Shown in pieces: positions 8,969-18,730 of a stretch of DNA of 64,000 nucleotides. Source of the stretch: Candidatus Cloacimonadota bacterium (lineage in GTDB: Bacteria; Cloacimonadota; Cloacimonadia; G963667145); contig OY781092.1 in the NCBI GenBank assembly GCA_963676615.1, positions 960,001 to 1,024,000 of the forward strand, written 5' to 3'. A model generated the notes under the pieces. That model was not told the DNA's origin. It did no database searches and saw nothing but the letters and a program-made list of their open reading frames with translations. The position numbers and the translations under genes are program-made. Positions within the stretch are counted from its first letter, which is position 1. The number at the start of each line of letters is the position of its first letter.

Positions 8969-10672
8969 CTACGCCTTTCTTCTAGTTTGAATAAAGTCGT
9001 AGAAAAAAATGAAGTTGAGGACAATCATAATTATTTCGATGCCCAAAACCGTGTAGCCCGTGATAGGCTTGCTGGCGATAGTGCCCGGAAGCACCGCAAA
9101 GCTGAACCACAAAATCGCCGCTGTCACCGTAATCCACAAAAGGTAAGCGGGGACCAGCACCATATTCACGCTTTTGGTCTTTATGCGCTTTTGTAACCAA
9201 GCAACGCTGGTGAACAGAGTAATCGAGGCGAGCAGCTGATTTGCTGTGCTGAAAGACGGCCAAAGCACCGTAAAGCTCCTCGTGTAAGCCAAAAGTAGCC
9301 CTATCAAAGCGGGAATCGAAGAGGCTATCCACTTGTTCGTCAAGAAGTTATACAAGCCGCTAGATTTTTCTTGCAACGGTGCACAAACCTCGCAAATGGC
9401 GTATCTTCCCAGACGGTTTGTCGTGTCCAGCGTGGTCATCGCAAAAGAGGCAACCCACATTCCCGCGATCACTTTCACAAACTCGACAGGGATAAATTTG
9501 AGGAAAGTCGCTCCGACCATTTTCGCATAAGACTCCACAAACATCGCCGCGTTGGGGAATTTGCCCATCATTGCACCAGTGTATTTTGCGCCCCAGTTGT
9601 CCAAAGTTATGCCAGTTCCAGCCTCTTGCAAAATTCCAAAAGAGAAACCAGCGATTGCCACCAAAACTATTGTGGATAAAAAACCTTCGGTGAGCATCGA
9701 GCCGTAGCCGATGGTGAGCACATCGCTCTCTTTGGCTACTTGTTTGGAGGTTGTGCCAGAGCCGACCAGCGCGTGAAATCCAGAAAGCGAGCCACAAGCG
9801 ATAATCAGCACAATTGCTGGCCAGAACGGCGTCGGTTTGCCGCCCGAGATAATCGGAGCAAAAGAGGTAAAAGCAGGCGCAGTAAAGCCCGAGAAGCTAA
9901 AAATTGCGGCGATGAGTCCAATGACCAAACCGAAATACAAAAGCCAGGAGTTCAGGTAGTCCCGAGGTTGCAAAAGAATATTCACCGGCACGGACGAAGC
10001 CACCACGATATACACGCCGATGATTATCATCCAAGCGCCCCAGCCAAGCTTAATCGGTAGCCAAGTTCCGCCAATTATCGCAAAAATCAGCAACACGATG
10101 CCGATCAAAGTTGCCAGACGAAAATCCATTTTCACTTTATACATCAAAAAGCCCAAAATCAAAGCGGCTATCAGCTTTAGCACATACGAAGACGCCACTG
10201 CGGGCTGAGCGACATACATTCCGCCGACGACAGCGCCAAAAGCGGCTATCACCAAAATTATCATAAAAAACACCAGCCAGTAAAAAATTCTGCTGGTGCG
10301 AGCGCCAATCACATCCGCTGCCACGAACTGACAAGATTTGCCGTCGTAGCGCACTGATGACATTATCGCCAAATAGTCGTGCACCGCTCCGATGAAAATA
10401 TTGCCAAACCAAATCCAAAGTAGCGCCGGAAGCCAGCCCCAAGCAAGCGCAAGCACAGGTCCGATTATCGGTGCAGCTCCCGCAATCGAAGCAAAATGAT
10501 GACCAAAAAGCACCGCCGATTTGGCTGGCACATAATCCACATCGTCCCGAAGACGCGAAGACGGAGCCACATTTTTATCGCTGGCTCGCACCATTTTCGC
10601 CAGCTTGCCGCCATACACCCTAAAAAGCAGCACATACAGCACAAGGCTCACAATTACTACTATCGCCGTCAT
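8969..10672 (-). CDS. cstA: Carbon starvation protein A-family transporter
   Basis: DYVPA..VLFGHHFASIAGAAPIIGP, GAVHD, LLQPRDY, IACGSLSGFHALV; many TM helices. Confidence 0.93.
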   Translation of the reverse strand: MTAIVVIVSLVLYVLLFRVYGGKLAKMVRASDKNVAPSSRLRDDVDYVPAKSAVLFGHHFASIAGAAPIIGPVLALAWGWLPALLWIWFGNIFIGAVHDYLAIMSSVRYDGKSCQFVAADVIGARTSRIFYWLVFFMIILVIAAFGAVVGGMYVAQPAVASSYVLKLIAALILGFLMYKVKMDFRLATLIGIVLLIFAIIGGTWLPIKLGWGAWMIIIGVYIVVASSVPVNILLQPRDYLNSWLLYFGLVIGLIAAIFSFSGFTAPAFTSFAPIISGGKPTPFWPAIVLIIACGSLSGFHALVGSGTTSKQVAKESDVLTIGYGSMLTEGFLSTIVLVAIAGFSFGILQEAGTGITLDNWGAKYTGAMMGKFPNAAMFVESYAKMVGATFLKFIPVEFVKVIAGMWVASFAMTTLDTTNRLGRYAICEVCAPLQEKSSGLYNFLTNKWIASSIPALIGLLLAYTRSFTVLWPSFSTANQLLASITLFTSVAWLQKRIKTKSVNMVLVPAYLLWITVTAAILWFSFAVLPGTIASKPITGYTVLGIEIIMIVLNFIFFYDFIQTRRKA

Positions 10673-10715
10673 ATTTCCTCCCTTATTTTTACGAGTTTTT
10701 CGCTAAATATAAAAC

Positions 10716-11978
10716 TTATGGAAGTCGCTTGCCAGCCGACTTTTTGTGAGCGTCAAGACCTTCCATCTGGGCAAAAATCTTGGCAACTTCCGTAGCTTTG
10801 CCACTTTTTTCAACACGCAAAGTCGTTTGCTTTTTGATGAAATTGTTCACCGACAAGCCCGCCGTGTATCGAGCCGCCAATCCCGTGGGCAAAGTGTGAT
10901 TAACCCCTGCCGAATAGTCGCCCAGAGCCTCCACAGACTGCTCTCCCACAAAAAGCGAACCATAATTGCTAAGCTGAGCAATAAGCGCCTGATTATCTTG
11001 CGTCTGCAGCTCCAAATGCTCAGGCGCTTTCCCGTTGGAAATCTGCACAGCCTCCGTCAAATCGTCGCAAACCACGATGTAGCTATTTTTGTCAATCGCC
11101 GCTCGGGCAATCTCCTTTGTCGCCAGCGTCTGCAACTGCTCCTCCAGCTCCGCCTGCACCTTTTTGGCAAGCTCCAGACTGTCTGTCAGCAAAAAAGCGC
11201 TCGCATTCAAATCGTGCTCCGCCTGTGCCAGCATATCCGCCGCAACAAAATCTGCCCTAGCACTCGCATCGGCAATTATCAAAACCTCCGACGGACCAGC
11301 CACAAAATCGATTCCCACAACGCCGTAAACATTCTTTTTCGCCAGCGTCACATACTTATTCCCAGGACCGACAATCAGATCCACCCGCGGAATCGTCTGC
11401 GTCCCAAAAGCAAAGCCGCCAATGGCTTGCACTCCTCCAAGCGCATAAATCTCGTCCACACCAGCCACATCGGCAGCCACAAGCACCGCGGGATGCACTC
11501 CGCCCTCATAACACGGCGGCGAAGAAAGCACCACCTGCTTGCAACCAGCAACTTTCGCAGGAACTGCCCCCATAAGCACCGACGACGGCAGCGGAAAATT
11601 TCCCCCTGGCGCATAAACGCAAACCCGCTCAATCGGAACAACCCTCTGTCCGCACCACACCCCTTTTTCGGTCTCAATCTCAAAATCTTTCGCCTGCGCT
11701 AGCTGCGCTTTGGCAAACTTCTCCAAATTCCCTTTGGCATATTTAATCGCCTGCACTTGCTCCTGCGATAACAACGAATACGCATCCTTCACCTTTTGCG
11801 AATCCACCAAAAAATTATCCAAATCCACACCGTCAAACCGCTTGGTATAATCCCGCAAAGCTGCATCGCCCCGCTTTTTTATATCGTCCAAAATTTCCTG
11901 CACCAACTCACCCTCAGAATAGTCCAACGGCGTATAAAAATTCTCGGGCAACCACTTGCTATCCACAATCTTAATCAT
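10716..11978 (-). CDS. hisD: Histidinol dehydrogenase
   Basis: GPGNKYV, AGPSE, DMLAQAEH, APEHLEL, GDYSAGVNHTLPT. Confidence 0.96.
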   Translation of the reverse strand: MIKIVDSKWLPENFYTPLDYSEGELVQEILDDIKKRGDAALRDYTKRFDGVDLDNFLVDSQKVKDAYSLLSQEQVQAIKYAKGNLEKFAKAQLAQAKDFEIETEKGVWCGQRVVPIERVCVYAPGGNFPLPSSVLMGAVPAKVAGCKQVVLSSPPCYEGGVHPAVLVAADVAGVDEIYALGGVQAIGGFAFGTQTIPRVDLIVGPGNKYVTLAKKNVYGVVGIDFVAGPSEVLIIADASARADFVAADMLAQAEHDLNASAFLLTDSLELAKKVQAELEEQLQTLATKEIARAAIDKNSYIVVCDDLTEAVQISNGKAPEHLELQTQDNQALIAQLSNYGSLFVGEQSVEALGDYSAGVNHTLPTGLAARYTAGLSVNNFIKKQTTLRVEKSGKATEVAKIFAQMEGLDAHKKSAGKRLP

Positions 11979-12119
11979 CCACTAAGCTCCTTGATATTAA
12001 AAAGAAAAATCGTTTTTTAAAAAATAAAACTCTACTGGCAAAAAAGAATAAATAAAAAAAAAGTCAAGAAAAAACGCCCACTTGCAATAAAATCGCAAAA
12101 TGAGCGTTCAATAAAAAAA

Positions 12120-12195
12120 TGGTGGAGCATAGCGGACTTGAACCGCTGACCCCTACACTGCCAGTGTAGTGCTCTACCAGCTGAGCCAATGCCCC
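12120..12195 (-). tRNA. tRNA-Ala(GGC)
   Basis: GGGGCATTGGCTCAGCTGGTAGAGCACTACA-CTGGCAG-TGTAGGGGTCAGCGGTTCAAGTCCGCTATGCTCCACCA; G3:U70 pair, encoded CCA. Confidence 0.96.
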
Positions 12196-12437
12196 ATCCA
12201 ACAAAAAAGGAGGAATAAATTCCCTATAATCTTCGCTATTTAATTTCGATTTTGTGTCAATTTTTTTTGCATTTTTTACTAAAATCTGTGCTTTTTGGAA
12301 GTGAAGTGATGATGAATATTAAGTTTAGTTGTTGATTTACATGTGATTATCCATCCAATTAAGAATAGATAATTGAGTTAAAACACCTAGCAAAACAGCC
12401 ATTAAAGTTACGCTGTGTAGCTATATTTTTTTTCTTT

Positions 12438-12872
12438 TTATTCTGACAATTCTAAAATGTTTTTCGAGAGAACTGAAAATGAATGTACGATTTTGGTTCT
12501 AAATGTGTATTTAGTAAACTTTTCACCTTTAAGATTTTCAAAAACATTTAAACTCCATGATTCAAATCCTTCCTTGTTTAAATCAAAATTAAATTCGTGC
12601 GCAAGTTGATTTCTTAGTTTGTTTATTTTTTTTAATGACGAAACAATAGAACTCTTTCTTCGCTTATCTTCAAAATCAAGCTTTTCGAGAGCCATAATTT
12701 TTCTGTGAAAAGAATAATTGTTATAATCCCTATTATTAATTTTTGAAAGGGTAGCATTCAAAACCACTTCAAGCAGTAAATGCCCCTTTAGTAATATTAA
12801 TTCTAGGTCAATTTTTGAATCAAGATGTTCCCAAACTGCCCACTCAACCAAGGTAACCATCTCATTTTTCAT
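12438..12872 (-). CDS. Hypothetical protein with HEPN-like RxxxxH motif
   Basis: AT-rich, helical; LLKGHLLLE and LRNQLAH motifs; downstream of the R-M pair. Confidence 0.65.
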   Translation of the reverse strand: MKNEMVTLVEWAVWEHLDSKIDLELILLKGHLLLEVVLNATLSKINNRDYNNYSFHRKIMALEKLDFEDKRRKSSIVSSLKKINKLRNQLAHEFNFDLNKEGFESWSLNVFENLKGEKFTKYTFRTKIVHSFSVLSKNILELSE

Positions 12873-13056
12873 TAAATATTTGTTCCCGTCCTTTCTCTTT
12901 TCAATTCCACTAGTCCCATTTGAGAAATAAGTCTCTGTTTTCTTTAGAAACTCCTAATTTGTCAGTGTGTTTTGATGTAATATTTATTTAATTCAAAATC
13001 AACACAGTTAGCTTAATCAATAAAATCAGCAAAATATTTCATCATTATTCTGCGAC

Positions 13057-14181
13057 CTAAATCTGCTCATTTTTTTTAAAATGTTTTTTAATAGCATTTT
13101 TTAATGCAATAGATAAAAATGTTGGCACAGCATTTCCAATCTGTAAATTTTTATCACTCCTTGAACCATAAAAAATATAATCATCTGGAAAACATTGTAT
13201 TCTCGCTCCTTCTCGTGTTGTTAATGGTCTTGGTGCTTTTGGATGAATACATCTTGAAGATGAAGGAGTACTTAAATTTCTTGTAATTGTTGTGCTTGGC
13301 CTATTCCACCAAAGCCTACAGTAAGTATTTGCAAAGCCACTTTTGGGTCTTAATTCTTCTGGTAAATCATTTGGTGTACCACCATCAGGAAGACTTTCCA
13401 TAATCTTTATTAAGTTTTCATTATTATTTGGAGCATTGTGATCCATCAATTTATCAGGAGCATTTTTCCTCATCAATTTTTGAAATTCGTTTACAGGTTC
13501 AGTAGAATATTCAAAACTTTCTTCATTGCTCCCTATGAAAGGGAGATCGCTTATTGCTTCTGACAAAGTTAGATATGATTTTAATTCCGGCATAAAAAAA
13601 GCTTGCCCTTCTTCTAAATTATAATGAGTTGGCTCAGGAAAATTAAATTTAGAATTAAACTTTGTCCCTATTATTATAACTCTTTCTCTTAATTGCGGGA
13701 CTCCATAATCCGCAGAATTTAAAACCTTATAGACAACTTTATATCCTAATGATGCAAACAAAGAAATTATTGTTTTTAACAATTCTCCTCCTTGCATTGA
13801 TAAAAGTCCTTTTACATTTTCAAATAGAAAGGCTTTCGGATTAAATTCTTTAAGAATTCTATAATATTCTTGAAACAATTTACCTTTAGGGTCATCTACC
13901 CATCTTTTGCCAACCGTCGAATATGCTTGACAAGGCGGACCGCCAACAACTAAATTAATTTCCCCTTTTTTTATATTAAAATCTTTTTCTAAATCTTTAA
14001 TTCCAAATTCTTTAATATCTTTACAATACATTTTAACGACAGGATGATTTAATTCATAAGCCTTTGCCATATTAGGCAAAATTTCGTTAGCTGCAATTAT
14101 TTCAAAATCGTCATCTTGTGCAAATCCATAACTTAAACCACCAACTCCAGCAAATAAATCAATTATTTTAATTTTTTTCAT
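13057..14181 (-). CDS. DNA (cytosine-5)-methyltransferase of a type II R-M system
   Basis: DLFAGVGG (motif I), GGPPCQ (IV), FENV (VI), QLRER (VIII), QIGNAV (X). Confidence 0.96.
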   Translation of the reverse strand: MKKIKIIDLFAGVGGLSYGFAQDDDFEIIAANEILPNMAKAYELNHPVVKMYCKDIKEFGIKDLEKDFNIKKGEINLVVGGPPCQAYSTVGKRWVDDPKGKLFQEYYRILKEFNPKAFLFENVKGLLSMQGGELLKTIISLFASLGYKVVYKVLNSADYGVPQLRERVIIIGTKFNSKFNFPEPTHYNLEEGQAFFMPELKSYLTLSEAISDLPFIGSNEESFEYSTEPVNEFQKLMRKNAPDKLMDHNAPNNNENLIKIMESLPDGGTPNDLPEELRPKSGFANTYCRLWWNRPSTTITRNLSTPSSSRCIHPKAPRPLTTREGARIQCFPDDYIFYGSRSDKNLQIGNAVPTFLSIALKNAIKKHFKKNEQI

Positions 14182-14191
14182 AGTAAATCCT

Positions 14192-14986
14192 CTAATTAAA
14201 ATTTAAATCTGAAAATTTAGGGGGTTCTTCTGTTAATTTCCATACAAAATAATTTTGCTCAATATTAAATACAGTTTGACCTTCCATTTGTTGTCTTGTG
14301 ATCCAATTTACATTATCATCTTCAATTTCATTCAATTTTACAAAAGCAACTTGACCATTAAATAAATCAAAATGAATTACCATTGAAGAAATATTTTCTT
14401 CTCGTTTGATTTTTTTAGCTTCCAAAACTTTATGCTGTTTAATATCATTTACACCTACAAATCCTGATTGAATCTCTAGCCTGATCTTTTCTCCATTTTT
14501 TAAATTTACTTCTAAATCTGCTTTTGGTGTTCTTTTAAAAGTATTGATATTAATAAAATCATCATCACCAATTAATTTTATGTCTTCAATACTAACTTCA
14601 AAAACTAAACTTAATGCCTTTAGAAAATAATTGGTAATTATAAATCCCCTCATCCAAGAAAAATAGACTTGTTCTGGTCTTCTTCCTTGATTATTTAACT
14701 TTGGAATAATCTTATTTTTTTTCAGCTTCTCAAATACACAATTTATATTTCCTAAGCAAAAAGTATCTAAATTTTTAATTTTAATCGATGAATCTGACAA
14801 CTCGTCTATTTTTTTAATAATTTCAATTAACCTTTCATTAAATAATGCAATATAGTTAAAATCAACAGTAGGAATTATATCTTTTCCTCCAAAAAAAGAT
14901 TTAACATCTTGCTGATTAGTAAAACCAAGTTTTTGCCTGTATTCTTTAAAATATTTTGTATCTATTAGTTCCATTTTTGCCCCCAT
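14192..14986 (-). CDS. Putative type II restriction endonuclease
   Basis: Directly upstream of the C5-MTase in the same AT-rich island; KADLEV...LEIQSG fits a PD-(D/E)xK/Q-type active site. Confidence 0.75.
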   Translation of the reverse strand: MGAKMELIDTKYFKEYRQKLGFTNQQDVKSFFGGKDIIPTVDFNYIALFNERLIEIIKKIDELSDSSIKIKNLDTFCLGNINCVFEKLKKNKIIPKLNNQGRRPEQVYFSWMRGFIITNYFLKALSLVFEVSIEDIKLIGDDDFININTFKRTPKADLEVNLKNGEKIRLEIQSGFVGVNDIKQHKVLEAKKIKREENISSMVIHFDLFNGQVAFVKLNEIEDDNVNWITRQQMEGQTVFNIEQNYFVWKLTEEPPKFSDLNFN

Positions 14987-15213
14987 ATCATAAATTAAAA
15001 GTATTCATATTATATTAAGTCTTGCTTTCCTATTTAAAAATATTTTTGAAACGAAATGAATAAACACAGTAATTATCCCACATTTTATTTTAGGGAAAAA
15101 ATCAAAATTATTCCCATTTGAAGCCTGCCAGCACCCATTCTTTATTAAAAAAATACCGCCAATAAAAAAATTGGCTATCTAAAACACGGCAAAAACACCC
15201 AATTCGCAAATTT

Positions 15214-15708
15214 CTACCTATCTATAGCTTTAGCTTTTAGCCGCCTTAGCGCTTTGAACTTCAACTGTCGCACCTTTTCTCTGCTCAGATTCAGCCGCAG
15301 GGCGATTTTGTCCAGCGGCAACTTTTGCTCAAAAAATAGCCGCAAAACCGCCTCTTCCGCCTTGGGCATATCCTGCGGAACGCAAAGCTGAAAACCTTGC
15401 TCGTCCTCTGCCTCCGCCATTTCCGCCTTGTTCTGCGAAACCTCCTGCGCCAAATCTCGCTCCTGCAAATCACTGGTCTGCAACTCAAACTCTTTGCCCA
15501 AATACGCCAAAATCCGCTTTTTCACCCAAAAAAACGCGTAGGTCGAAAACTTCACCCTTTTGCTTGCGTCAAAGCGCTCCTGAGCATCCAAAATTCCCAA
15601 AAAGCCCTCTTGCTCCAAATCTTCCTGCAGGTGCTTATCGCCGCCAGAATAACGCTTCGCTACGCCTTTCACCAGCGGCAAAAACTCCTGAATTTCTTGG
15701 CTATCCAT
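15214..15708 (-). CDS. Compact sigma-70-family factor (regions 2 and 4)
   Basis: DLEQEGFLGIL..ERFD...KFSTYAFFWVK (region 2); LSREKVRQLKFKALRRLK (region 4.2). Confidence 0.88.
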   Translation of the reverse strand: MDSQEIQEFLPLVKGVAKRYSGGDKHLQEDLEQEGFLGILDAQERFDASKRVKFSTYAFFWVKKRILAYLGKEFELQTSDLQERDLAQEVSQNKAEMAEAEDEQGFQLCVPQDMPKAEEAVLRLFFEQKLPLDKIALRLNLSREKVRQLKFKALRRLKAKAIDR

Positions 15709-16872
15709 CTACTGCTTGGACATCGAAACTCGCACCGTCGTGCCTTGTCCCAGCTGACTTTGCACCGCAATCTGCCAGCCGTGCTTTTCCACAATTTTCT
15801 TCACAATTGCAAGCCCCAAGCCAGTATTATCAACCGTTTTGGAGCGCGAGCTATCTCCCACAAAAAATCGCTGAAAAATTTTCGGCAAATTTTCCTTAGA
15901 AATCCCAACTCCAGAATCTGCTATCTGCAAAAAAACACCGCCGCTGGCATCTTCGCCAACCTCCACCAAAATCTGCCCCTGATGCGTATATTTCACCGCA
16001 TTGCTCAAAAGATTCACCACCACCTGCTGCAAACGAAAAAAATCCGCCTGAACCTCCACCTTTGGCTGCGCAAACTTGGTCTTTATCGGAATTTTACTAT
16101 TGGGAAACAAAAGCGTGCTCTCCTGCACAATCGCCACCAAATCGACCTGCTCCAACTCCAGCGACACGCCCGATTCCACCGTCGCCAGCTGCAAAATATC
16201 GTCCACCAACTGCTTCAGCCGCTCGGCGTTCCGCTTGAGAATCGTCAAAACCTTATCGTCCCCCGCAGGCAAAAGCTCCAAAAACCCGCTAATCGTCGTA
16301 AGAGGCGTCTTTAGCTCGTGCGAAATATTTATCAAAAGATCTTTTTTGAGAAGCTGCAACTCATACAGCTGACTAATGTCCTGCAAAACGAACACCTTGC
16401 CGCCAGAGGGCAAATTCGAGCCACCAGCCACAAAATGTTTTTCGTTCAACTTAATATTTTTCGTGCTTTGACTGTCCGCATCAAAATCGTCCACAAAGCG
16501 AAAAAGCTCGGGAAAATCTATCAAATTCCAGTAAAAATCTGGCTCGAAATCTTTGTCCAAAAGCTCACAAAAAGCACTGTTTCCTCGCAAAATAATGCCC
16601 TGCTCGTTCTGAATCCAAACAGGAGACGGCAAAAATTGCAACACCCCTTTCAGATCGTCCTTTTCCCGCAAAGCCAACTGTTTAGCCTGCTTTCCCTGCC
16701 CTTTTAGCTCCTGCAAATAAAGCGACCACGCCTTGCCTTTTTGCCTCTTGCTGATTTTTCCTTCCAAAGCCAGCTGCTGCAAAGCTCCAAGCAGTTGCAA
16801 ATAGCGCCAGCGAAAAAACAGCCAACCAGCCAAAAAAACGCCAGCCAGCGTTGCCAAAAACCAAATCACCAC
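15709..16872 (-). CDS. Sensor histidine kinase, PhoR-like
   Basis: N-terminal TM, PAS-like segment, SHELKTPLT H-box, NLLSNAVKY, DSGVGI, GLGLAIVK. Confidence 0.9.
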   Translation of the reverse strand: MVIWFLATLAGVFLAGWLFFRWRYLQLLGALQQLALEGKISKRQKGKAWSLYLQELKGQGKQAKQLALREKDDLKGVLQFLPSPVWIQNEQGIILRGNSAFCELLDKDFEPDFYWNLIDFPELFRFVDDFDADSQSTKNIKLNEKHFVAGGSNLPSGGKVFVLQDISQLYELQLLKKDLLINISHELKTPLTTISGFLELLPAGDDKVLTILKRNAERLKQLVDDILQLATVESGVSLELEQVDLVAIVQESTLLFPNSKIPIKTKFAQPKVEVQADFFRLQQVVVNLLSNAVKYTHQGQILVEVGEDASGGVFLQIADSGVGISKENLPKIFQRFFVGDSSRSKTVDNTGLGLAIVKKIVEKHGWQIAVQSQLGQGTTVRVSMSKQ

Positions 16873-17567
16873 AGCTCCAATCTGTATCCAACCGAGCGAA
16901 CTCCCGATATTTTCAGAGATTTTAGCTTGCTCCGCAGCTTTGCAATGTGCACATCCACCGTCCGATCACTCACGATTTTATCTTGCCCCCACACAAAATC
17001 CAAAATTTTCTCCCGCGAAAAAACCGCACCAATTTTGCTCGAAAGCAGCTTCAAAATCGAAAACTCGGCGAAAGTCAAAGCGACCGCTTCACCATTTTCC
17101 AAAACCAAATGCGCATCAAAATCGATGCGCACAGATTGTCCCAAACTCCGCACTTTTTCCTGCGGTTTTTGCTCGTTTTTTTGTGAAAAATCCCGCTGAC
17201 GACGCAAAAAGGCTCGCACCCTTGCCAGCAACTCCTTGGGATGAAAAGGCTTGGTAATATAGTCGTCTGCGCCAAGCTCCAGCCCAAGCACCTTGTCCGT
17301 GATGTCGCCTCTGGCAGTGAGCATCAGCACAAAAACCTGCGGAAAAGCTTTTTTCAAATCTTTGCAAATCTCAAGACCGTCTTTGCCAGGCAGCATCAAA
17401 TCCAAAACCACCAAGTCTGGCAGCTGCGCTATCACAGCGTCCTCAAAATCCCGATAATCCGCAAAAGTCTGAAGCACAAAATTCGCATCGGCAAGGCTGG
17501 CGCGCACCAGCTCCAAAATATCTGGCTCATCGTCCAAAACATAAATCAGCTTTTTCACTTTCGACAT
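16866..17567 (-). CDS. OmpR/PhoB-family response regulator
   Basis: LDDE, LDLMLPGKDG, GADDYITKPF, winged helix RTVDVHIAKLRSKL. Confidence 0.93.
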   Translation of the reverse strand: MSKVKKLIYVLDDEPDILELVRASLADANFVLQTFADYRDFEDAVIAQLPDLVVLDLMLPGKDGLEICKDLKKAFPQVFVLMLTARGDITDKVLGLELGADDYITKPFHPKELLARVRAFLRRQRDFSQKNEQKPQEKVRSLGQSVRIDFDAHLVLENGEAVALTFAEFSILKLLSSKIGAVFSREKILDFVWGQDKIVSDRTVDVHIAKLRSKLKSLKISGVRSVGYRLELW

Positions 17568-17588
17568 TCAATTTTCCACATTTTTTAA

Positions 17589-18062
17589 TTAGACGACGCC
17601 GGGATAAAAATTTTGCACAAGTTCCAGCAAAAACCGCAAAATCCGAGACGACGCCACCGCAGGATTTTGCAAGAGATTGTAATCGAAAAAAATATTGAAG
17701 CCAACAGAAAGCAGCGCCACAATTCCCAAAAATAAAAGCACAATGAATAGAGCGCCCAAAATCTTATCGTAAATTCCTAAGTCCAAAAAATCCAATCCTT
17801 TACGAATATAGACGCTAAAAATTTTGAGCAAAATCACGACCGCCAAAAAAATCAAAACGAAAGCAATCAACTTGCCCACAAAAACAGAAAGCCCAAACTC
17901 GTTTGCAAAAATTCCAGCCAAAACATCGCCAAAAAATACGCCGAAAACGACTGTGCCGACCACCGCCAGCACCTTGGTCAAAAAGCTGACAAACCCTTTG
18001 ATGAAGCCATATACAAACAAGCCAAAGCCCAAAATCAACAAGACAATATCTAAAATATTCAT
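17589..18062 (-). CDS. cvpA: CvpA family membrane protein
   Basis: MNILDIVLL...GFIKGFV...DKILGALF pattern, about 4 TM helices. Confidence 0.8.
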   Translation of the reverse strand: MNILDIVLLILGFGLFVYGFIKGFVSFLTKVLAVVGTVVFGVFFGDVLAGIFANEFGLSVFVGKLIAFVLIFLAVVILLKIFSVYIRKGLDFLDLGIYDKILGALFIVLLFLGIVALLSVGFNIFFDYNLLQNPAVASSRILRFLLELVQNFYPGVV

Positions 18063-18073
18063 ACCATAAACAA

Positions 18074-18121
18074 AAGGCAATGCCTACCTCGTCTCACATC
18101 GACCAGCATACGCACTGCCTT
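18074..18121 (-). terminator. Hairpin downstream of rpsU
   Basis: AAGGCAGTGC...GCATTGCCTT followed by TTGTTT on the minus strand. Confidence 0.5.
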
Positions 18122-18146
18122 ATTTTTTTTAGTTCAAATTTGAAAA

Positions 18147-18356
18147 CTAATAACCTCTCATACGAGTCAACTTGCGTTGCTTGTTAAAAAGCTTTCTCTT
18201 AACCGCATTCACTTCGCGGCGTTTTTTGACAGAAGGCTTCTCGTAGCGTTGATTTTTTTTGATATCAGACAACACTCCCGCAATCTCGCACTTCTTCTTA
18301 AACTTGCGAAGCAAAACCTCAAAAGGTTCTTTATTTTTGGAAACAACCATCGGCAT
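18147..18356 (-). CDS. rpsU: 30S ribosomal protein S21
   Basis: EPFEVLLRKFKKKCE..G...YEKPSVKKR; start at MPMVV after a GGGGTGA RBS. Confidence 0.93.
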   Translation of the reverse strand: MPMVVSKNKEPFEVLLRKFKKKCEIAGVLSDIKKNQRYEKPSVKKRREVNAVKRKLFNKQRKLTRMRGY

Positions 18357-18582
18357 AAGTAACATCACCCCACTTTTTGCTGTATTTTTTTCCTTTAGCA
18401 AAACCAAAACAAACTCCCTGCGTTATCGGTCAAGGAAATTGTTTGCTATTGGGGAAATTTATTTTGACGACACCGCTGGAAAATCTGCTCGACCAAATTT
18501 GAAGCTAAAAACAAACGGCACAATTTATATATTTCTTGACACTCTCCACCCAATGACAAAAAAATGCTTCATAATTTGGAAA

Positions 18583-18659
<77 letters not shown>

Positions 18660-18678
18660 TTTTTTTAAAAAGCAAATA

Positions 18679-18716
18679 AAAAAAACAGCCACTTTTTTAC
18701 GAGTGACTGTTTTTTT
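18679..18716. terminator. Bidirectional intrinsic terminator between tRNA-Val and the NCS2 permease
   Basis: AAAAAAACAGCCACT-loop-AGTGACTGTTTTTTT between convergent genes. Confidence 0.75.
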
Positions 18717-18730
18717 GTAACTAAAAATTA

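Noticed and set aside
12120..15200. tRNA-Ala as integration site of the R-M island
   Set aside because: The island lies 5' of the tRNA, with no duplicated tRNA 3' end and no integrase.
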